From positions 3,544,405-3,608,404 of the forward strand of contig NW_003314262.1 in NCBI RefSeq assembly GCF_000143415.4: a stretch of DNA of 64,000 nucleotides, written 5' to 3'. Made by a program: the position numbers and the translations under genes. Below, one piece after another: positions 35,401-46,649 of the stretch. Origin of the DNA: Selaginella moellendorffii. Its lineage: Eukaryota > Plantae > Lycopodiophyta. Position 1 is the first letter of the stretch, and each line of letters opens with the position of its first letter. Under the pieces are notes generated by a model. That model did no database searches. It was not told the origin of the DNA and was given only the letters and a program-made list of their open reading frames with translations.

Positions 35401-37265
35401 CAAGACAAAAACATAGGAGAAAGTAATGGGGGGATAAAAGTAGTGGAAGCAAAGGTAGAAGCAAAGGGATGAAAAAGTACAGAAGTGAAAGGAATAAATG
35501 AAATATAAGAAAGTATGAAACAAGGGGGAAAAGCTTCAAAGTCACACTTAATATGATTGCGTTGTAACCAATCCATACCAAGGATGAGGTCAAAAGCTCC
35601 ACCCACAATTATTACAACCCAAGCTCGAGATTGCCCACACACACAACAAAGTTTACCTCATCCCATGCACATGCATATGTACAGCCGTTGCCATAAAGAA
35701 TGAAAACTGGCTCCACCGCACGATACAAGTGTAGACAACAACGTATGACAACAGGTCGAGCAATAGAAAATAAACTCAAACCTGTATCAACCAACACGGA
35801 GAGAATAATAGGAGACCACTTGTTATAAAAATGAGCTTGGAAAGTAAACACTGGATGAACTAGTGCCAAGTGAACCCCTTGATGATACTCCTGAAAAACA
35901 GATGGAGGGGTTACTAACTTATTCACGCAAGGTCCCTCCGTTACTCGTGCGACTCTTTGTTTCCCAAATGCATCTCGATGTCCAGACCTTCCATTGTAGC
36001 AGCACCAACAGGACGTTATCCATGCCAAGGTCTCCACCTAAGAAATGGTGGCTGTCAATCTGGACATTGCTGACAATGCTGATAAGTGTGACCAACTTCA
36101 TCACACGCCCAACAATGAACATCATGGCCATGACCACGGCCTCGCCTTTGTTGGACTCGAGCAGCAACAACATTAACCTCCATTGGAACATGACCATCAC
36201 CCACAGGAAGTGAAGCTGAAAGACATGCAATGAGAAGTGGAAGAGGTGACATTTCATAATGTTGGGCCAAGCAAAGAGCATCGTTAAGGGTGGCAGGAGC
36301 GAGTGCATACACAAGTCCGACAAGATCTTAATGAAGTATTGGACACAACATTCCTAGCTTGATCCACTCCGACATATGGCTCCACACGAAGCAAGAGGCT
36401 TAAAAAATAAACGCCAAATTGCATCACCAACTTAGATGGCCCTTGACGAAAACGATGCAATTGTTAGAATGCATCATCACAATTGTCAGTATGTCTGAAT
36501 GCACGTTTGAAAATGTTCGGGAAAACACTCCAATCCCCACGAGTGGCTGCACTTAAACCATTGTACTACTGCAACACTATCCCTTGGAGATATGTGGGAA
36601 ACTCATGCAAACATTGAGCATCATCCCAAGAATGATATATGGCAATCACCATGAAGTGATCAAATCAATAGTACATATCATCTTTAAGATTCCTGCGAAA
36701 GAACTTTAGCCAAACGTGAGGATTGGCACCAAGAGCAAGAGGAGGTGTACCATGTGCCATAAATGCCACCATCAACTGAGTTTGGTTGTTCAATTGCAAT
36801 TGCATAGCATCAAGTAATTGAACCAACTGCTACTCTAGAGTCAAAGGAGGAGGAGATTGCTGATCTACCATGAAGATGAACGAAAAGGAAAGAACAAAAG
36901 AAGAGAAATGAAAAAGAGCTAGAAGGAAAAGAAGATTTAGACAATGTAAAAAAGTTAAATTCAAACCAAAATCCTGAAAGAAAAGAATAAAAGAAAGGAA
37001 ATGGAAAAAATTAGATTTAAACGATGCAAAAGTTAGATTTAAACCAAAATCCCAAATCCAAGCATTCCTCAAGGACAATCAAAGGTGCCCCTCATCTCCA
37101 CTAATGTGAATATGGAATATGAAAAGGGAATACAGAAAATATGCATATCAATTAGCCCAAAAAAACTAACTTATATACAAGAGTGAATGGTTCGGATTGA
37201 AATTAATCCAACAGTTACCAAAATCCTACTATGCTAATATTAGTATATGGCATCGTAGCCGTACA
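32400..37265 (-). mobile_element. Decayed Ty3/gypsy LTR retrotransposon (gag-PR-RT-RH-INT order)
   Basis: Zinc knuckle CWACDEVGHTYQHC; protease LVDTG and DLILGMDWL; RT 'FHTPFGLYEFLVIPFSL...ATFQQMMD'; RNase H 'KECLAIVWG'; integrase 'FTSAYHPQSD' and 'LLAQWKGLYR'; many stops; 61-bp tandem duplication at 33422-33543. Confidence 0.85.
32644..33154 (+). mobile_element. Cassandra-type TRIM (terminal-repeat retrotransposon in miniature) carrying a 5S rRNA Pol III promoter segment in both LTRs
   Basis: LTR1 32644-32839 and LTR2 32928-33154 (TGTAAGC...GCTTACA); PBS TGGTATCAGAGC (tRNA-Met) at 32842; 88-bp internal domain; TSD TAGAC/CAGAC; LTR core AGTTAAGCGTCCTTGGGTTTGAATAGTACTGGGTTGGGTGACCTCCCGGGAAGTC matches 5S box A-IE-box C. 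Confidence 0.9.
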
Positions 37266-37830
37266 CACAATGGCAATTATAATAGTTACAGTATTATCTA
37301 GTTCAAATATATTAAATCAAGTGAACTTAGTTTATAATAAAAAAGTTATTCATACTAGATATTAAATTATGTAATCTCTTTTATACACATCATAATTATA
37401 TTAAATACAATATAATATAATTTTTAGATTTAATGTAAAATTTTTCATTTAATATTAGATTTGTTTAATGTGATTTTAATGTGGTATATCTACTTATTAA
37501 TTGTAAGCATTAATAATTTTAATAGTAAATATTTGAATAAGTTAAAGGCATTAGTAAGGATGTTATTGCTTAAAATAAATGATTCAAAGTGTAAACCTAA
37601 TAAATGCATTATGGGGTAATGGTAATATATATGCTTTTTACTAACATTTATGAATTCACACGAATCTTTTAAAATAGATGTGCATATTCTTGGGTTATCA
37701 CCTTCTATTGATTCAATTTATATTCCCAGATTGCAAATTTTTTTGATAAAAAATAACAAAATAATTCTCTCATAGTTTTGATTTGGCAACCTTCAATAGT
37801 GTGATTTTATATATATATATATATATATAA

Positions 37831-37889
<59 letters not shown>

Positions 37890-38604
37890 GAATGAAATCA
37901 ACCTAAACAAAGATATAAAAATTGATTATGTTAAGAAAAACACAAAGATAGAAAACATTGTAATTTTTTTAGTAACATAAAAATTAATATTTTCTATTTA
38001 ATATATAATTTCTATAGATAATAGTATTTTAACTGTTTAATTAATTATAATTTTAAAAAGAAACAGTTATGATTTAATCAAAGAGTATGACAAGAATACC
38101 TAGACAATAAATGGAAGGAAATTATTTTAGATCAAAAATAAAAAAATAGTAACATACTTAAATAAACATATATATATATTCTTTATTGAATAAAATTTTA
38201 AAAGCTAATCATCAACACTTTTATGAATTTTTAAAATACTCAACTCCAAAAAGTTTACATAAAATTTCACAGTAACTACCATGATATAATAAAACACAAA
38301 TGTAAAATATATTAAAAATTTAGAATTTTTTAGCTAAGTAGAAATGAAATAAAAATTTCGTAGTAAAGTTTAAAATAAACCAGCAATATTATATTATTCA
38401 TAATTTTAAAGTAAAACAAAATATATTTTTCACCCTCAAACTTTTATCTGCAAATATATTAGTTTACAACCTTTGCCTGCAAGTATATTAATTCTCAATC
38501 ACAAAAAAAAAAAAAAAAATTATATTCCAGGGTTGGCCTGGAACCCTCGAATATTCTAGCAAAGAAAATACAAGGGGAAAAGAAGATCTAGGGCCTTTTT
38601 AAGT

Positions 38605-40050
38605 TCACGCGATCACAGTAAAGGTCGGCCACTCGACAACCTTTTCAAAATACTCGCACGGCACGACCCCCGCAAAGCCCTCGGTGAGCAGCACCTTGTT
38701 GTCCGATATATACAGCTTCATGTCGTCCTGGAGCGCCTTGGCCACATTGAGGTAGATCAAAACCTCCACACTGTCCATCATCCCGCTGATCACTCCCTCC
38801 TCGTTGGGCAGCCCAATCGCAAAGTGGACGTGATTCCGGCTCATCCGATTCAGCCCCGTCCGCATGATGCTCGGCAAAAAGCACCGAAACGTGCCGTGGA
38901 CGCACACCGGCACTTGATCCGCGGACGTGATCTCCGTCAGCAGCGCGTCCGACGCCACCACCTTCATCGAGTGCCCCTGGTTTGCCCGGATGAAGAGCTC
39001 GCCGCCCTCGACCATGGTGGAGTAGCGCTGCTTGGGGTCGCGCTCCACCACCCGGAGGACCTCCTCCACCGAGTGCTCGTTCATGGGGATCCCGGCGTGC
39101 GTCCGGATCGTCAGCCGGAGGATGTCGTCAACTTTCACGTAGCCATTGCTCCGGATCGGGAGGCTCAGCTGCGTGGCCTGGTGGCGGAGGATCCGGCACA
39201 GTGTTCTTCCCAAGGAGTCGAATCGAGGGTCACCGGTGTTGAAAGCTTGCTGGTAGACCCGGTACTTGTGTCTCTGCCTGTGATAGTATGTTTGATGTGC
39301 CTGAGAAGTCGTGGCGGCGGCGGTGGCGTTGTCAAGCTCTAGCTCGGTAGCTGGTTTTGGAGGCTGTTCCACCGGTGGAGCTTGATCCAGGAGATCGAAG
39401 ATGGCCTTGACGAGCGGCGAGAAGGTATCGGTGGTCTCTTTTGGAGGCGGCGGTGGAGCGTTTGCGAGCCTGTTCGCTACGATTAGATCGAAGCTACTTG
39501 GAGAAGAAGACGAAGGATTCTTTGCTGCTCCCGGGTCACGGAAGTTCTGGTATGGCCGCCTTCTCCGAGCAATCTGGAGCCTGTCCCTGAGAGGTAATCC
39601 ACGAAAGTCGGGTCTTTGAGAGGCCCTGGAGTGGAAGAATCCATCGCCACCAGCGGCGCTCGGCTTGTCGGCGAGCGGCGGCGGTGGCGGGGAGATTCTC
39701 TGTGGCTTGGGAGCTAGGTGGACGTCTGGAGCGTTGTTCTCCTTGAATGCCACATTCCCCGCGCTTCTAAATCGGCTGCCATCGATCTTTGCAGCATTGT
39801 TGATGCGTTCCGACGAGGGGCCGATTGATGCCAGTGTCGAGAGCTCCGCCGCGGCGCTGGAATGTGGGCCGTTGCCGAGCTCCCTGGATTTGTCCTGTGA
39901 TGTGACGAGGAATACCTGGCGCGACGAAGAGACATTCCTGCGGAGCTTGGAGACGGAGGACGATGCCCAGCTGGTGCTGCGGAATGTGTCCAAGCGCATG
40001 GGAGGGCGATTGGAGCTCAAGATTTTGCTCAGCGGCTGCCGCAGACTCAT
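38605..40050 (-). CDS. TPT1: tRNA 2'-phosphotransferase (Tpt1/KptA family) with long N-terminal extension; intronless
   Basis: 'LGRTLCRILRH', 'DPKQRYS', 'IRANQGHS', 'VCVHGT', 'GLNRMSRNHVHFA', 'SDNKVLLTEG' motifs in one 481-aa ORF. Confidence 0.93.
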   Translation of the reverse strand: MSLRQPLSKILSSNRPPMRLDTFRSTSWASSSVSKLRRNVSSSRQVFLVTSQDKSRELGNGPHSSAAAELSTLASIGPSSERINNAAKIDGSRFRSAGNVAFKENNAPDVHLAPKPQRISPPPPPLADKPSAAGGDGFFHSRASQRPDFRGLPLRDRLQIARRRRPYQNFRDPGAAKNPSSSSPSSFDLIVANRLANAPPPPPKETTDTFSPLVKAIFDLLDQAPPVEQPPKPATELELDNATAAATTSQAHQTYYHRQRHKYRVYQQAFNTGDPRFDSLGRTLCRILRHQATQLSLPIRSNGYVKVDDILRLTIRTHAGIPMNEHSVEEVLRVVERDPKQRYSTMVEGGELFIRANQGHSMKVVASDALLTEITSADQVPVCVHGTFRCFLPSIMRTGLNRMSRNHVHFAIGLPNEEGVISGMMDSVEVLIYLNVAKALQDDMKLYISDNKVLLTEGFAGVVPCEYFEKVVEWPTFTVIA

Positions 40051-40182
40051 GAATCGATGGCGAGCATCCGAGAAAACCCTGAAAACGAAGAACCCTAAAA
40101 AACAGGGTAAAAGCGTTGTTAAAGGTTTAAGGGTTTAAAGTTAATGGCGGGAAAGAGGGTTTAGGGCTTGGCGAGAGGAGCT
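40051..40182. promoter_or_regulatory. Putative 132-bp bidirectional promoter with telo-box-like motifs between TPT1 and cpFtsY
   Basis: Divergent ATGs at 40050 (-) and 40183 (+); AAACCCT, AACCCTAAA, AGGGTTT and GGGTTTAGGG motifs in both orientations. Confidence 0.55.
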
Positions 40183-41877
40183 ATGGCGGCAGCTGCGCGG
40201 GGGAGCTTGGCGAGCGCTGCTGGTGTGGTGCAATTCAGTGCGAGCGGGCGGCCGCGGAAGAATGCAGCGGTTTTGATGGTGAGATGCGCTAGCAGTAGCA
40301 GCGACAAGGCTGGGTTTTTCGGGAAGCTGGGGCGCGTGTTCAAGGAGAAGGCCAAGAGCGACATCGATCGCCTCTTCTCGGGATTCTCCAAGACGCGGGA
40401 GAATCTGGCAGTCGTGGACGAGCTCCTGACGTATTGGAATCTGTCCGATGCTGAGAAGCTCTTGGATGAACTGGAAGAGGTATGGAATGGAATTTCTTTG
40501 CTTTTGTTTCTTCTTTTGATAATACCTATGCAGGCGTTGCTCATATCAGACTTTGGGCCGAGAACAGCGATCAAAATCGTGGATGGTCTACGCAAGGATG
40601 TTCTAGCCGCAAAGCTCAAAACTGGACAAGAAATCAAGGTGAGAAAATTGATCTGCAAACGCGAGATAGTAACTTCTGGTTTTTTTTCTTTTTTCTAAAG
40701 CTTGCGCTAAAGAAAAGTATTGTGAAACTTCTTACGAGCAGAGCCGGTAGCACCGACCTCAAGCTCGGGACCAGGTTTTTTCGACGATTTTCTTTTTCTC
40801 ATAGAATTTTTTTTCCATTGTTTTGATGCCAGACGCCCCGCTGTGATTATGGTCGTGGGTGTGAATGGAGGAGGGAAGACAACAACCATAGGTACGCTCT
40901 TTCACATCTAAATTCATGTCTGTTTTTTGTTTTCTGATTGCTTGAAGCGAAACAGGAAAATTGGCACACAGATTAAAGAAGGAGAAAGGTGTAAAGGTGA
41001 GAGCTTTGTAAATTATAGAGTTGCTCACACGTAAGGTTTGCAGATACTCATGGCGGCTGGTGATACGTTTAGAGCTGCAGCCAAGGAGCAACTAGAAGTA
41101 TGGGCAGAGAGAACCGAGTCGGATATTGTAAGAGCTGAAGAGGGACAAAAGAAACCAGCCCCTGGTAAGTTGTACGAGCCGACAATCTCCCTGATTTTTT
41201 TCTTTTTATCGCTTATCGTTCATTGTGATATGATTTCAATATAGTGTTGTCACGAGCTGTAAAACGGGCAGTCGCAGAGAAGTTCGACATAGTTCTCGCA
41301 GATACATCAGGCCGTAAGTAAGCTAGCTTGTTGTTTCCAGTTTCAAGATCTAATCTCCTTTTTCTTCCTTTCACAGGTCTTCACACAAACTTCAGCTTGA
41401 TGGATGAGCTTGAAGACTGCAAGAAAGCAATCGGGAAGGCTCTTGCCGGAGCCCCAAATGTGAGTGTTGATGCTTCAATTGTATCCGTTTAACACCACAA
41501 ACTCGCAGGAGGTGCTGATGGTCCTCGACGGAACAACAGGCTTAAATATGCTTCCTCAAGCGAGAGAGTTCAACGACGTAAGAAACAATCTGTTTGGAGA
41601 TGTTTTTCCTAACGCAAATACTTTGTTTCAGGTTGTTGGTGTTACTGGATTTGTGTTAACGAAGCTCGATGGAACTGCAAGAGGCGGATGTGTGGTATGT
41701 CCTCGATTTTAAAAAAAATTCTCAGCTGAGAGTTTGTTTCTTTTCCCTGGAAACTTTGCGCAGGCTAGTGTTGTAGATGAGCTTGGAATTCCCGTGAAGT
41801 TCGTTGGTGTTGGAGAAGGCCTGGAAGATTTGCAACCCTTTGATGCCGAGGCATTCGTAAATGCGCTCTTTCCATGA
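40183..41877 (+). CDS. CPFTSY: Chloroplast signal recognition particle receptor FtsY, multi-exon
   Basis: Transit peptide; '[18 protein letters not shown]', '[10 protein letters not shown]', '[10 protein letters not shown]', 'DTSGRLHTN', 'DGTTG', '[10 protein letters not shown]', '[23 protein letters not shown]'-stop. Confidence 0.95.
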
Positions 41878-41998
41878 CAAGATCGGTGAGTTTTTGCTGT
41901 AGAACTTGGCTGGATTTTGCTAGATTTGTATCGAGAATGGTACGCGTGTTTAAATCAAAGCTGACTGGTTATAAAAGCCCTAGAAACAGAGGAGGTTT

Positions 41999-43696
41999 AT
42001 GGGCGAGCTATGGCGGGAGCGCTCCGAGAATGCGAGGCGCGAGTACGTGTCCAAAGGCGATGGCACTCTCCAGGTGAGATTTCCATTTCAGTGCATCCCG
42101 GCGACTAATTTTCTTAGCGATTTTTCCAGGCGCGACTGCTGGACGATAATCGGCCGCTCAAGCACAAGCTTGTCGATGGATTTCTTGACCAATTCTTTCC
42201 TGTGGGGTATCCACAGAGGTGAGAAAGAGCCCCATTTTCTCTCTGTCTTTTTTTTTGTTTTTTGTTTTTGCTCGTTTCTTTCGAGATTGAATTGAGCTGG
42301 TTGGAGCAGTGCAGTGTGGGAGAAGGCTACCTTACGTATTCGCAGTTCCGTGCGCTGCAGCATTTCTCCAGTGCGATTCTTTCAGTTTTCTCCACACAGG
42401 TTCTTCCGAGATTTTTTTTTCTCTCGCTAGAGTCTTTTTTGTCCTGTTCCTTTTTCTAACTTGCCTCTTTTCAGTCACTCGTGTTTGCCGCTGGTTTAAG
42501 GCCGACTCCTGCCCAAGCGACTGTGATTAGCTGGGTAAGTGAGGAGCGAGGAGCAAAGTTTTGTCAAGGGATGGCTAAAAAGTGATGGCTGGATTGATAT
42601 CCAGGTTCTCAAGGATGGAATGCAGCACATTGGAAAGCTTGTTGGAAGTCGAATGGGAGCTAGAATGGACTCCGAGCCAAAACGATGGAGAATTTTTGGT
42701 TGGTATGCGTTTTGTTCTCGAGTTTCATAAGTTATATTCTTTTTCTTTTGCAGCCGATGTTTTGTACGACGCGGGTACTGCGCTGGAGATAATTTCACCA
42801 GCATGTCCCCAGTATTTTCTAGGAGTTGCCGGACTCGCAAACCTTGCAAAGGTACTCGAACTCTTAAAGCTGTGTGGAAAAATGATGGTGCTTTCAGGGA
42901 GTGGCAATGGTAACGGCTAGAGCAACACGGTTGCCTCTTTACACCGCTTTTGCGAAAGAAGGGAACCTTAGTGACTTGTACGCTAAAGGTGAGGCTATGT
43001 CAACTCTTGCAAATGTGGCTGGGCTTGGAGTCGGCATTCGTTTGGCATCATCGGCCTGTACTTCTCTACAAGGAAAGGTATGAATTGTGAGCGTGAGTTC
43101 TCTCTAAATTTTCTTTCACAGCTTCTTGTAGCACCTCTTCTGTCCGTGATTCATTTATACAGTGTGATGGAGGAAATGAGAGCTGTTCCACTCGACACTC
43201 TTAATGCCCAGCGAACAGCAATGCTCGTCGCGGACTACCTCGAGGTACTCTCGTAAAATATTTATGTCCCAGAGACTTTTGCTTAAGCGATGAATGCCAG
43301 CTAGGAAGAGTTCCTTCTCCGGCCGAGATACGCTACAGGGAAAGGTTGATACTGCCTGTGAAACCAAACGTCCACGCCGGAAGCGTCCGGATCGCGAACG
43401 ACATCCTCCAAATCCCATCCGGCAAGATCAGAGAGCTCAAACACAGGTTCCAGAGCGAGCGCTTTCTTCTGGACTTCCACGAGACTTCTACGGAGATGGT
43501 GCTGCATCACTCGGCCAGTGGCGAAGACGTCGTCCGGGGATGGCTTCTAGCAGCGTGTTCTTCGAAAGAAGCCTCACTGAGCGACGCTTACTCCCGCGTC
43601 GACAAGATGCTACCAGAGTTTCTCTCGCAGCTTAAAAGTCGAGGCTGGCAAACACAGCTCTTTCTTCACGGCTCCGCAGCTCGGGCCTTCTGGTAA
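41999..43696 (+). CDS. RUS2: ROOT UVB SENSITIVE 2-like (DUF647) protein, multi-exon; start may be ATG 41937
   Basis: 'GYLTYSQFRALQHF', 'AAGLRPTPAQATVISWVLKDGMQHIGKL', 'MDSEPKRWRI', 'ARATRLPLYTAFAKEGNLSDLYAKGEA'. Confidence 0.88.
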
Positions 43697-44026
43697 CACA
43701 AGATGTTTCTTACAAAAGCATCTTTTTTGTTTTTTCCATTAAGATGAAAAGAAGAAAAAGAAAAGCTTACACAGATTGTGTTGTGTTCACAATAATAATG
43801 GAAACACGAAAGTCCATCAAATAATCTGGTATGTATTTACAACCTTTGTAAATCCTGTGTCTTGCCTGCAACACGTCCGTCCGTGAGCCTTGCTTGAATC
43901 ATATATATAAAGGAAAGAAAGAAAAAGCCCCTCACGCGCCTTACCTCGGCATATATAGTCCTCGCAAGGGAAGCAGCAGAAAAACAAAAGAGAAAAAAGA
44001 AAGAAAAACCTGTGCCTTGCTCGTTG

Positions 44027-46460
44027 TCAAGCCTGTGATCCTCCCCGTCGAGGCACGTAAAGCTCCAGCCTCGATCTCTTCTGCTTCGTGTCCTTGTAAG
44101 CCGCCTGCACCGACGGCTCGCCGAAACCATGCCTCTCCAAGTAGTCGCGCTCGGCTGCCTCGCGAAAGTTCTCCAAGCTGTTCGCCATTGCGTTGTTCTC
44201 GTATTGTGCCATCCTCAAACGCGTAGCCTCCATTGCCGGCCTCGGGCCCAGTCTCTCCCACACACTTCGTCTGGGAGCGTTTTGCGAGTCCGGGCTTTCG
44301 ATCTGTGGTTGACGAGGCGGCGGCGGCGATGGTTGGCGAGGCGGCGGCGCTTCTTTCTTCTGCCTGTGCTTCCTCGAGGACGACTTACGCCCGCCGCTGG
44401 AGCTGGTCTGGCCGTTGTTGTGCCACTGGTTGGACTCCAAAACGTCCGGAGCTGGGCTGCTGCTAAACGAGTCGTGCGCGTTGGGAGTCGGGCTCGGCTC
44501 CGTCTCCGACTCCACGATATCCCCCCACTTGAGCTCCGCCGCGAATGGCTTGTCCTTTGGTGGTAGCGGTAGCGGTGTCTCCTCGTTTCTCTTCGACGAG
44601 TTTACTTCCAGGATGTTGGTGGTGTCGTTGCCGCCGCTCGGGTGCCTCGGCCTCGCGCCAACTTCGAACACGCGAACGTTTCCCGAGGCTCTGGATCCAC
44701 GGGACGACCTGGTGTTGTTGCTCCCTCGGCCGGGTCTCTTGCCGAAGGCGTTGTCTCCGGCGGCTCTGGTCTCATCGCTCGGGCCTTTCCCAAACGCCGT
44801 GGCCTTGAATTCGAAAGACGCTGGAAGATCGCCACTGTCCCTGCGCTTGAGCCCGTCTCCAAAAAACCTGTCTCTCACCTCCACCGCGCTGGGAGGAGGA
44901 TCGTGGTTGCTGCTCTTACCCACACCGCGAGCTGAGCTTGGCATCTCGATATGTCTTTCCTTCCTGGTCGTGTCGAAAGTGACAATGAAGTTGTTTTTCT
45001 CCTCCTTTCCCTGTGAACCCGACGGCTTGGAGAGTTGGATCCGTCTCTTCTGTTTCTCAGTGTCGAAGGTAACTCTGATACTCACGTCCTCCGGCAAAAC
45101 CTCCCTGTCCAACTCCTTTGAGTGACCCGGCGACTTTCCCACTGGAGCTGGAGAGCCTGCTTTCAATGCGTTACTTCGGCTAGATGCTGCGGATGATCGA
45201 GCCGTATCGGCCTCTGTATGGCGAGTAAACCGGCTTGAATCTGCCTCGGCATTGCGAGTAGATCGACCTCCATCTGTCTCGTGACTGCGAAGTGACCGAG
45301 TTTTGTCCGTGTCAACATTGCGAAGGCTTGGTGGCCGATATATTGCGGTGGATCGATCGTGCTTGTTCTTCTCAACCTGTTGATCCTCGCTAGCATTAAC
45401 GCTTGGCCTCGCTGGAGGAGAGTCCACAAACGAAAACTGCCTCTTGCTAGTTTGAACTGGTGGCGACCGTGGAGAAGAGCGAGAAGAGCTTGTTCTCCTT
45501 GCGCTGGCGTCTGGTTTGATCTTGTCAGGTGTTTTCACGTCCCTTTCCTGGAGAGAAACTACGATTTTATCACAGTTTAGCATCTGTGATTTTACCTCAT
45601 GCTTCTTCGTTTGACATTGCTTTTCGTATTGATCTCTGTCGTACTGGATCTTCACCTGGAAAAGCACTCAGGAGTTAGAAAAGAGGAAAACCAAGAACGA
45701 GAATACTTACAATTCCTCGCACAAACTGATGTTGGAGATCGATGCGTTTCTTCGGTCGAACGGACCCCTCCTCGGAGCAGTCCTCACTTTTATCTTCCTG
45801 CGAGGCTGCATCGCCATCGCCCTCCACGAGACGAGGCCCACTGTTGGCAGTGCTGTCCACGCTGCTGCTCAAATCGTCGTCGCCACCATTGCTTCCTCCA
45901 TCACTGCTCTCGGCGATGTTTAGCTTCTCCATAAGCGTGGCGGCGTTCATCACGACATGGACATCACCAGAAGGCCGCAATAGATCCTTTGGATCGGAGT
46001 CACCTTTGTCTGTTCCAGCTTCACTGTCTTCCAGGCTTGGCTTTGGTAAATCATTGTCATTTCCAGCAGAGTTGCTTCCATCTTCTTCCTTGTTGTCGGA
46101 TCCAGCAGTACTACCCACAGCACTTCCACCGCCTTCTTCCTTGTTATCCACACTATCACCTTCTTCTTCCTTGGTAACCTTGCCATCTTCATCATCCCCG
46201 CCTACAGCATCTCCCTCCTCCTTGGAAATCCCATGCGAGCTCTCGGCCTCTTTCTCCACGACTACATTCGTGGAATCTTTACCTGCGCTCGCCTCCACTG
46301 TCTGTTCCTGTCGCTTGCTCTCCAAATCCGCCTCGCAATCCTTCTCCTCCGGCTTAGCTAGCTCCTCCCGATCTCCATCTTCCTGTTTCACATCCAAATT
46401 CTCCATAGCTGACACCAGCGCCGATGCGCAAGATGCCTCCTGCGCCTCAGATCCGGCCAT
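44027..46460 (-). CDS. Uncharacterised, largely disordered protein (two exons: about 46460-45709 and 45658-44027)
   Basis: Two long ORFs joined by a GT-AG intron of about 50 nt; acidic N-half and Ser/Arg/Pro-rich C-half; no recognised domain. Confidence 0.7.
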
Positions 46461-46649
46461 AGCTACGCCGCTGGACTGGGAAATCACTGGCGTCGCTCTA
46501 CAGTGTCATAGGAATCCCTGCGTTCTCACCCTCGCGGCTCACCGGGAGCCAGCGCCTCGCGAATCCAGCTCTGCGCCTTCTCCACTTCCCGCAAACCCTA
46601 ACCCTATTTGCAATTATAGCTGGCAAATCTCAAATATAAGCGAAATTTT

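Larger units (their letters stand above)
20001..39514. repeat. Segmental duplication, copy B (interrupted by the retroelement nest at about 24985-37265)
   Basis: Collinear with copy A at 20001-24955 and 37270-39514. Confidence 0.85.

Noticed and set aside
38503-38519. A-run downstream of intronless TPT1 as a retrogene poly(A) tail
   Set aside because: Wrong orientation: it is poly(T) on the gene's sense strand.
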